IMG/VR virus record: IMGVR_UViG_3300042259_000159
Source of the DNA: a virus
DNA length: 64,000 bases
Direction: 5' to 3' (one strand)
Shown here: positions 56,947-64,000 of the stretch, one piece after another
Position numbering within the stretch: position 1 is the stretch's first letter
How the letters are laid out: every line of letters begins with the position of its first letter
Program-made: the position numbers and the translations under genes
The notes under the pieces: model-generated
Databases searched by the model: none
The model's input: the letters and a program-made list of their open reading frames with translations, nothing else
What the model was told of the DNA's origin: nothing

Positions 56947-57972
56947 ATGTATTTTATTCGTAAGTATATTCTAGACGTTGGTGCTCCTGTTGATTTTGAG
57001 AGCGTTCCTAAGGGGGAGTTAATAAGTCTGGATAAACTACTTGATGAAGACATCATCATTAAAAGATACACCTTTAAAGAAAATAACCTCAGGTTCAACA
57101 TAAAAAAGAACAACAAAGAGGATAGTAATCAGGCTGTTTTTGCTATATTCAATCCATCCAAATCTTTCATATCCTTTCTTAATGCCAACCAAGGCGACAA
57201 AATGGCGGTGAGATTCTATGCAGGATATGAAGATAACATAAAAGAACTTTTCTCTGGGACACTGAGCTTCTTCTCTGACACTTTCAAAGGCGAAGATCGG
57301 ATAGTGGAGCTTGCCTGCAATCAAGGCGCGGTCCAATGGCAAGAGGCGAGAACAAAAAGAACTTTTAATGCAGGCACAAGCTATCAAGAAATTGTTGATA
57401 GTTTTATTGCTGACATGAAGGTTATAAAAGACGGTGTGATGCCGTTTGAAGGGTCTATACCTGTGGCAAGGACATATAACGGACCAACATGCCCTCTGCT
57501 TAAAGAACTTGTTAATGATATGAATGCCAGTTTCACAATAGATGACGGCAATAGTATACAAATAGTGGAAAAGGATAAGCACAGAGAAGAAGTTTATATC
57601 CCTGTTATAACAAAAGATAGTGGTCTTATAGGTGATGTGGATATGTGGGACGACAATGCAGATACAAAACCAAAAGACAAAAGTAAGAAAAAGACAGGAT
57701 ATAAGGCCAAGGTTTTCCTAGATGGTGGGTACAAAATAAACACGGCAATTTACCTCGAATCAAGAACTGTCAACAGTGGCGAAAGGACCAAATTTAAGGT
57801 TGAGAAAGTGGAACATACTGGTGAATATAGGGGTGAGTCTTGGGAAACAGTTCTTTATCTTAAAGGGGATACAGCACCACAGGAGAACCCCTCCTCAGGT
57901 CTTCCAGAGGTTGGTGCTGAAGATATTGTTATTAATGGAGTAACAAAACCTGTTACTATAAGGGTGAGATAA
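56947..57972 (+). CDS. baseplate hub-like protein (Mu gpN / P2 gpD-like position)
   Basis: Gene order. Confidence 0.35.
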   Translation: MYFIRKYILDVGAPVDFESVPKGELISLDKLLDEDIIIKRYTFKENNLRFNIKKNNKEDSNQAVFAIFNPSKSFISFLNANQGDKMAVRFYAGYEDNIKELFSGTLSFFSDTFKGEDRIVELACNQGAVQWQEARTKRTFNAGTSYQEIVDSFIADMKVIKDGVMPFEGSIPVARTYNGPTCPLLKELVNDMNASFTIDDGNSIQIVEKDKHREEVYIPVITKDSGLIGDVDMWDDNADTKPKDKSKKKTGYKAKVFLDGGYKINTAIYLESRTVNSGERTKFKVEKVEHTGEYRGESWETVLYLKGDTAPQENPSSGLPEVGAEDIVINGVTKPVTIRVR

Positions 57973-58694
57973 TGGATGTACAAACAACACTGAATCTTAT
58001 AGATACATATATGCTTGATTTTGTTAAAATACTGCCTTGTGTTGTTACTGGTGTCAACTATAATAAGACCACATGCAATGTCCAGCCTCTTGTTAAGACA
58101 AGGTACGAGGATAAGCAGGAATATTATGCTGCCTATAATGATGTACCCTTCATGGTGTATAGTGCATTAAGGGGAAGCGCAAGGATAACAATACCCCTGT
58201 CTGTTGGTGATAATGTCATTGTTCTTTTCTCTGATAGGGATACAGCAAACGTACTTACATCTGATGGGTTGCAGGCACAGGATAGTATATCATATACACT
58301 TAATGGTAACTTCCCCATTATGGCTATACCGGCATTCTATACACCACCGAGTGCTAAACCTGTTGATAGTGATGATGTAATTATAGAAAATGGGGTAACT
58401 TCTATAGTGGTAAAACCTGATGGTGAAACACACCTTCTCTCTTCTAAAAAGGTATATATTGATACCACCAATGCAGAGATAACAGGAGACACCCTTATTA
58501 AAGGGAACCTCACTGTCATGCAAGATATAAAAACGATGAAGAATATCTTTGCTGATGGCGAGGGAGAAGGTTCTGGAAATTGTTATATAAAAGGTGTTGT
58601 TACAGGGTTGACAGATGTGGTTGCAGGTACTATATCATTAAAAGGACATACACACACAGGAGACAGCGGAGGAACAACATCACCACCAAACTAA
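57972..58694 (+). CDS. baseplate spike protein (gpV-like)
   Basis: 240 aa with Gly-rich C-terminus GDSGGTTSPPN; position. Confidence 0.45.
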   Translation: MDVQTTLNLIDTYMLDFVKILPCVVTGVNYNKTTCNVQPLVKTRYEDKQEYYAAYNDVPFMVYSALRGSARITIPLSVGDNVIVLFSDRDTANVLTSDGLQAQDSISYTLNGNFPIMAIPAFYTPPSAKPVDSDDVIIENGVTSIVVKPDGETHLLSSKKVYIDTTNAEITGDTLIKGNLTVMQDIKTMKNIFADGEGEGSGNCYIKGVVTGLTDVVAGTISLKGHTHTGDSGGTTSPPN

Positions 58695-58704
58695 AGGAGA
58701 AAAT

Positions 58705-59040
58705 ATGGCTGTTATTATACCCATGTTTGCAGATCCAAACTATGTAGAGTCTATAAAGCTTGATGATAAATATTACAAAGTGTCTTTCAGATGGAATAGC
58801 TCAGAAGAGGCATGGTATATGGCCATGAGGATGGGAACAGACTTCGGATTTATAACAAAGCTTGTGCAGGGTATAGATCTTTTAAAACCATACAACTATC
58901 ACCAAGATGCACCAAGAGGGGAACTTTGGTGTGTTGCAGAGGAAGAACGTCTTTCATTCTCTTCCGTGGATAGTGAAAATAGAAGCGCTTTTCTTATGTA
59001 CTTTTCAGAGAATGAATTAAAGCCCTACGAGATGGGATAA
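58705..59040 (+). CDS. hypothetical baseplate-associated protein
   Basis: Gene order. Confidence 0.35.
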   Translation: MAVIIPMFADPNYVESIKLDDKYYKVSFRWNSSEEAWYMAMRMGTDFGFITKLVQGIDLLKPYNYHQDAPRGELWCVAEEERLSFSSVDSENRSAFLMYFSENELKPYEMG

Positions 59041-59043
59041 GAT

Positions 59044-59529
59044 ATGTTATATGATATAATGCTTGGAAAAGATAATGATATAGTAAGGGACAGTGGTGAT
59101 TTTGAAACAACAAAAACAGACTTTGAAAGGCTTCGACAACAGATATCTATTTCATTGAAAACTTGGATGGGCGAGTGGTTTCTTAATACAACATTTGGCA
59201 TACCTTACCGGCAAAAACTGTTACAGAAAGGAATAACAAAAAGTGAAGTTGATGCCGAGTTTATCAGAGTGATAAATAGTTTTGATGAGGTTAGGGAAAT
59301 AACATATTTCAAAAGTGAGATAGACCGTGTAAACAGGTCTTATGGTATGTCTTTCCATGTATCCACCTTGTTTGGAACAATGAGGTTTTCTGTTCTTGTT
59401 GGTGAAAGAGTACAGTCCCCGCTTAACGATATAATAAACGGTGAGCCGTGTATTTATGGGACAATGGACAAGGAGAGTATATCTTCTATGTATGAACTAA
59501 TAAATATAACTCTTCCAACAAACTTCTAA
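59044..59529 (+). CDS. baseplate wedge protein (gpW/gp25-like)
   Basis: 161 aa directly upstream of a J-like gene. Confidence 0.45.
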   Translation: MLYDIMLGKDNDIVRDSGDFETTKTDFERLRQQISISLKTWMGEWFLNTTFGIPYRQKLLQKGITKSEVDAEFIRVINSFDEVREITYFKSEIDRVNRSYGMSFHVSTLFGTMRFSVLVGERVQSPLNDIINGEPCIYGTMDKESISSMYELINITLPTNF

Positions 59530-59538
59530 GGAGGGTTT

Positions 59539-61059
59539 ATGTACGGAATAACAAAAGATGGATTTGTAAGACCCACCTTACAAGAGATACTTGACGATGT
59601 TAAAGATGCCTTCATAGGAAAATTTGGTCAAGGCATCCTTCTTACAGATAGTAGTGTTGCAGGAAAGTTAGCAGCCATTCAGGCCGAAAGAGAAAATGAA
59701 CTTTGGAAGCTGATGGAGGCAGTCTATAGTAGCACCACACTAAACGGTGCTGAAGGGAAATATCTGAACGATATACTTGCTAAGAGAGGCCTTTTCAGAC
59801 GTTCTGCACAGGCCGGTTCAGGCACAGTGCACATAAAGACGGATAGCACATGTCCGAATAGTACAATCATAAGCAAAGGCACACAGTACAAAGGTAATAA
59901 CGGACAGATTTACAAGGCAGAGCAAGATGTTCTGGTTACGGACTTTGTTTCTGGTTTTATGATAAATGCATCAGATGTAAAGATAGGACCATATGAATTT
60001 TATATGGACGACATAAGCGGAGGAGAAACATACCGCTTCGTATATACTGTCAAACCAAAGATTGAGGATGGTTTGTCAACACAAACGCCAGATCCAGAAA
60101 GTGTTAGAACACTCTTCTCATCTCTTGTTAGCTTTATAAACAGTGTATCTGGGAATGTGTTTTCGCAATATTGCCATATAAAAGACGATAACCTTTATGT
60201 CGGATATAACAGTAATAAGGTTTTCACAGCACTTCCGAAGTCTGTCTCTATGTACTTTACATCGCCTGTTGGTGAAAAGTATACAAGTATCCCTGTTGTG
60301 TGTACTAAAAAGGGATTATATCCACTTGAAGCGTATGGTATTCAGGACATGATCCCAAAACCTGTTGGTCTCGTATCTATTGAAAATGTTGCACCCTTTT
60401 ATTCTGGAAACGATGTTGAAACAGATGATGAATACAGGTTAAGACACTCTTCAAACAAAGCGGTCTTAAGCAGGGGCACACCTTCTTCAATGATAGAAAC
60501 CTTGCAGAATATGAGCGGGGTAGAGGATGTTATCCTTTATGAGAATCCAACAGATGACATAAACCACTCACCTGCTAAACCACACACAGCAATGTTTGTT
60601 GTTCTTGGAGGAGTTGCATCTGATATTGTGAAGGAACTTTATAAGAACAAACCCATAAAGACAGTCTTGGACGGGGAATACTCTGAAAAAGTATTGACTG
60701 CTGACGGCAGGTATGAGCGTGTTGGCTTTACACCGGCAGTGCAGAAGCAGATAACTGTAAAGATTGAGTATACAACAAAGAATGCATTGCCTTTAAATAT
60801 TAGTGAAAAAGAGAATATAAGCAATGCCCTTAAAGCATCTGTACAAAGTTTAAGCATAGGGGAAAGTGTACAGTCAGAGCAGCTTGTTGCCTCTGCCTTG
60901 TCAAACATCAGCTTTTCAAGGATAAAGACACTAAAGGTTTTTGTAAAGTATACTGGTTCTGGAGATGAAACATATAAAGAGGGCCAACTAAAAATGGCAT
61001 TCAACGAAGCAGCCAACTTGCTTGTCGAGAATATACTCTTTATACAGGGGAGAGGCTAG
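59539..61059 (+). CDS. baseplate J-like protein
   Basis: 506 aa, position in the V-W-J-I order. Confidence 0.5.
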   Translation: MYGITKDGFVRPTLQEILDDVKDAFIGKFGQGILLTDSSVAGKLAAIQAERENELWKLMEAVYSSTTLNGAEGKYLNDILAKRGLFRRSAQAGSGTVHIKTDSTCPNSTIISKGTQYKGNNGQIYKAEQDVLVTDFVSGFMINASDVKIGPYEFYMDDISGGETYRFVYTVKPKIEDGLSTQTPDPESVRTLFSSLVSFINSVSGNVFSQYCHIKDDNLYVGYNSNKVFTALPKSVSMYFTSPVGEKYTSIPVVCTKKGLYPLEAYGIQDMIPKPVGLVSIENVAPFYSGNDVETDDEYRLRHSSNKAVLSRGTPSSMIETLQNMSGVEDVILYENPTDDINHSPAKPHTAMFVVLGGVASDIVKELYKNKPIKTVLDGEYSEKVLTADGRYERVGFTPAVQKQITVKIEYTTKNALPLNISEKENISNALKASVQSLSIGESVQSEQLVASALSNISFSRIKTLKVFVKYTGSGDETYKEGQLKMAFNEAANLLVENILFIQGRG

Positions 61060-61670
61060 TGGATTACACCTATATTTCAGATAATAAGAACTTTGTAGAA
61101 GACACCCTTAATCTTATAACACAACAATATTATGGAAAAGAGAATATAAACAGCCTTGTAGAGATTATAGCGGACCGCTATCTAAACATAAGGGATAATA
61201 TATCCTCTTTGATAGACAAACGACTACTGAACACGGCTGTAGGAAGAAGTCTTGATGATATTGGTGAACAGATGAACATATATCGTCTTGAGGAACAATC
61301 TGACGAGCAATATAGGGCCATGATATGGCTATATATCCTTGCCCAAGAAAGCGACATAACAAGAGATGACATCGTTAATCTATTGAAAGCATTTACAGGT
61401 GGGGAGGCTGTTTGGATTTATAAGGGTTATAAGGATGATGTAGATGTGAACATGTATACTTGGTGTATCGGCGGTGTTGAGTATAAGGATTTTCTCGTTG
61501 GGATATTTCCACTCAACACTTCACTGAGGATATGCTCTCATGGCAGAGGTTTCTTTTTCGGGTTCAATGAAGATGACGCTTTTATAAAAGGCTTCGGTAC
61601 AATAACAGAAGAAGAGGGCTACGAAATGACAGCAGGGTCACTTGCATCTCTTGTATATACATCAAAATAA
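61059..61670 (+). CDS. tail protein (P2 gpI-like position)
   Basis: Gene order. Confidence 0.4.
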   Translation: MDYTYISDNKNFVEDTLNLITQQYYGKENINSLVEIIADRYLNIRDNISSLIDKRLLNTAVGRSLDDIGEQMNIYRLEEQSDEQYRAMIWLYILAQESDITRDDIVNLLKAFTGGEAVWIYKGYKDDVDVNMYTWCIGGVEYKDFLVGIFPLNTSLRICSHGRGFFFGFNEDDAFIKGFGTITEEEGYEMTAGSLASLVYTSK

Positions 61671-61679
61671 GGAGGATTA

Positions 61680-62339
61680 ATGGCTAGACCGGAATTTTAT
61701 CCAGAGTGGGCACGGGTAGAACAAATGCTTCCTGTGGCAGAGACAATAAACAAAACAAGACCAAAAGAAAGTCTAAGAGATGTCGGTTATGATAAAGATC
61801 AAGTTCCTACCGCACAAGAGTTCAACTGGCAATTAAATAATATTTATGAATGGATCAAAGACTTAGATGAAAGGCTTCTTTCAGGTACACTTAACCTTGA
61901 AGATGTTTATCCTGTTGGTAGTATTTACATAAACAGAACGGATAGCAGGAATCCATCAGAGATACTTGGGGTAGGTACATGGGTAAGCCTTGAAGGCAGG
62001 GTTCTTGTTGGTGTTGGTACGGCGCAGGATACAAGAGGGGAAACAAAGGTTTTTGCAGAGGCAGAAACAGGTGGTGAGTTTAGTCATGTCCAAACTGTCG
62101 AAGAACTCGCTGTTCACAGGCATACCTTGCGTTCAGATAATGGAAGCGGAACACCGTTTGAAGTAAGAGGTCTTGGAAACTCAAGCGTTCTCATAGGTAA
62201 TGATGACCTGCGTGGATCCTTAGGCTACTTTGACAAATCACTTACACTAGACCCTTGGGTTGGTGATAGTGGAGCAAGTCAGCCTATGAATGTTGTTCAG
62301 CCTTATACAACTGTCTACATGTGGGAACGCATTTCTTAA
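61680..62339 (+). CDS. putative tail fiber/collar protein
   Basis: Gene order. Confidence 0.35.
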   Translation: MARPEFYPEWARVEQMLPVAETINKTRPKESLRDVGYDKDQVPTAQEFNWQLNNIYEWIKDLDERLLSGTLNLEDVYPVGSIYINRTDSRNPSEILGVGTWVSLEGRVLVGVGTAQDTRGETKVFAEAETGGEFSHVQTVEELAVHRHTLRSDNGSGTPFEVRGLGNSSVLIGNDDLRGSLGYFDKSLTLDPWVGDSGASQPMNVVQPYTTVYMWERIS

Positions 62340-62348
62340 GGAGTTATA

Positions 62349-63977
62349 ATGGGAAAAAGTACATATCCAGCCACAAATAACCAAGAGGCTGTAGACCTTA
62401 ATATACTAAATGCAAATGCTTTTCATATGGTCCTAAATGGTGATGCAACAACCGATGTTCCTACATATGAGGGGAACGGGACAATCCCCTCTGTAGCGAA
62501 GGCACTACACACAATGGCAGCTTATAAAGTACCTATTCCTTGGGAAGAAGGCGTATCTGAAGCAGACATCCTTCAGCCAAGGGTTTTTGCTGACAATATT
62601 TTTGTACCCATAAGAGTGCCCGCTGTTATGGACAGTATACCGAGTGATCTGTATTGGAAACTTTATTTCCCCACTGTAGGGGAGAGTTTAAATGATACAG
62701 GAGAGAATTATTTTAGGGAGGTTCTTGAGGAAACAAAGTCCACATTTGTCGTGCCTTTTGATATAAAAACATACCTTGTTAATGGTGTAGAAAGACCTCA
62801 GGTGACTGTTTTTGTACATAAAGGAAACGATGTTGTAGAGAAGATAGACGTAGCAGAGTTAACATATGTAGATAAAAATACATTTACACTATTAAACCCA
62901 GCAACAGCGGGTAATATAGTGGAAATATATTCCACCACCATTGCTGCATTCACTATTGTTGGTGCAATACGCGATGATGTTTATCTGGCTAAAGACGCTG
63001 TTCATGCAGATAGGCTTGTAGCAGAGCAGGCAAGTACAGATGCACAGGATGCACGAGATGTTGCTATCGCTCAGAGGGATGTAGTTATAGCAGAGGGAGA
63101 TACTCAGGTAGCCAGAGTTGTATCAGAGGGTACACAGCAGGTTGCGTTGGCTACGGAGCAGGCCGTAAGAGCAGAGGCCGCTGCTAGTGTTGCAGAGGAG
63201 GCATCTTCTAAGGCATATGCACCTCAATCCATCATTAAAGCCACGCTGGGGGCGCGTCCCGACGGCTGGACGGTTGCTGACTGTGACGCGCCTGTAGCTA
63301 GCCTGTCCTACAGTGGCAACGTGGTGACGGTCGAGGCGGGGCTGCAAGTAGCCTACGCTGACAACGGTAGAGTACAGCTTTCTGAGGAACTGACATCTCC
63401 ACAAGTTGTTGACCTGTCCCCGGCGGCTGACGGGACGCACTATGTATACGCTGATATAGCTGAAGACGGGACTTTCTCCGGTTTTGGTGCGACTGCCGTC
63501 GCGCCTGAGGTCGGGGCGGAAAAGGCCGACACATTGGCCGACCACTTCAACCCCGCAGAGGTTGTAATGTACAACGTCGCGGGTTCACCCGTCCGCCGCG
63601 TCTACATCGGAACGGCTGTAAAATCGTCCGGAGTGGTTACGAGTGTTCACTGCTATAGCCTTGGAACAGTAGTCACTATGCCCATAAACAGAGGCAACCC
63701 TGTGGCTACGAAGTCCCTTGTTCTTGATGAACTTCCTTATGCCTACAGCAGGATGATGCAGGTTGAACCGCAGTTGTACGGTGAAGGCATATGGGGCAAA
63801 GCTGGATGGATTTACACGTCTGCTGGGCTCGGTGTGTCAGCCACCGTGAGGAAAGAGGCAATCCGAGTGGTGACAGGTACCGGCCTTACTGCACAGTATG
63901 CGTCTATTGGTGGTGACTTTAATGCAAACATACCGAGTCCGGCAAAAATCCGCGTCACGGTGCACAGGGGGTACTAA
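62349..63977 (+). CDS. tail fiber protein
   Basis: 542 aa, Ala/Val/Thr-rich with AQ...EQA repeat segment; distal tail module. Confidence 0.5.
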   Translation: MGKSTYPATNNQEAVDLNILNANAFHMVLNGDATTDVPTYEGNGTIPSVAKALHTMAAYKVPIPWEEGVSEADILQPRVFADNIFVPIRVPAVMDSIPSDLYWKLYFPTVGESLNDTGENYFREVLEETKSTFVVPFDIKTYLVNGVERPQVTVFVHKGNDVVEKIDVAELTYVDKNTFTLLNPATAGNIVEIYSTTIAAFTIVGAIRDDVYLAKDAVHADRLVAEQASTDAQDARDVAIAQRDVVIAEGDTQVARVVSEGTQQVALATEQAVRAEAAASVAEEASSKAYAPQSIIKATLGARPDGWTVADCDAPVASLSYSGNVVTVEAGLQVAYADNGRVQLSEELTSPQVVDLSPAADGTHYVYADIAEDGTFSGFGATAVAPEVGAEKADTLADHFNPAEVVMYNVAGSPVRRVYIGTAVKSSGVVTSVHCYSLGTVVTMPINRGNPVATKSLVLDELPYAYSRMMQVEPQLYGEGIWGKAGWIYTSAGLGVSATVRKEAIRVVTGTGLTAQYASIGGDFNANIPSPAKIRVTVHRGY

Positions 63978-64000
63978 TGGCAATTTACGCAAAAGTAGGC
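63977..64000 (+). CDS. hypothetical protein, 3'-partial at window edge
   Basis: ATG overlapping the upstream stop (TAATG); runs off the window. Confidence 0.3.

Noticed and set aside
1-64000. Genome-wide TGA stop-codon recoding, prompted by the in-frame TGA in the methyltransferase at 19246-20100
   Set aside because: All other long genes (DNA polymerase, NrdD, tape measure, capsid, tail genes) read through as intact ORFs under the standard code with TGA, TAA and TAG used as stops, and none of the manually folded tRNAs has a UCA or CUA anticodon.

Overview
The window reads as a ~64 kb segment of a tailed dsDNA phage genome with TTGACA-type promoters and strong AAGGAG ribosome-binding sites. 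Left to right: (1) plus-strand replication and early genes (5'-partial primase/helicase, T7-like family A DNA polymerase, small early ORFs, CCA-adding enzyme, M15 peptidase endolysin); (2) a cassette-like island of individually promoted small ORFs at about 10.4-17.6 kb; (3) a 1.7 kb non-coding repeat/iteron region at 17.6-19.0 kb; (4) a minus-strand nucleotide-metabolism and DNA-modification block (two DNA methyltransferases, one interrupted by an in-frame TGA; HNH endonuclease; PAPS-reductase-like protein; ATP-dependent DNA ligase; dUTPase; anaerobic ribonucleotide reductase NrdD carrying a LAGLIDADG intein; NrdG; ThyX; metallophosphoesterase); (5) a minus-strand tRNA array invaded by an HNH endonuclease insertion and a TnpB-only IS200/IS605-type element; (6) a compositionally distinct island of small minus-strand ORFs and a frameshifted Dam methyltransferase; (7) a packaging module in which the large terminase is split into five exons and the portal into three by six group I introns, one carrying a LAGLIDADG homing endonuclease; (8) a head and Mu/P2-like contractile-tail module with a -1 frameshift in the tail chaperone. 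The most unusual content is the density of selfish elements (six introns, an intein, three or four homing endonucleases, a TnpB element) and the two disrupted methyltransferases. All calls are from reading the sequence and motif recall; no database searches or structure predictions were run, and percent GC was judged by eye.
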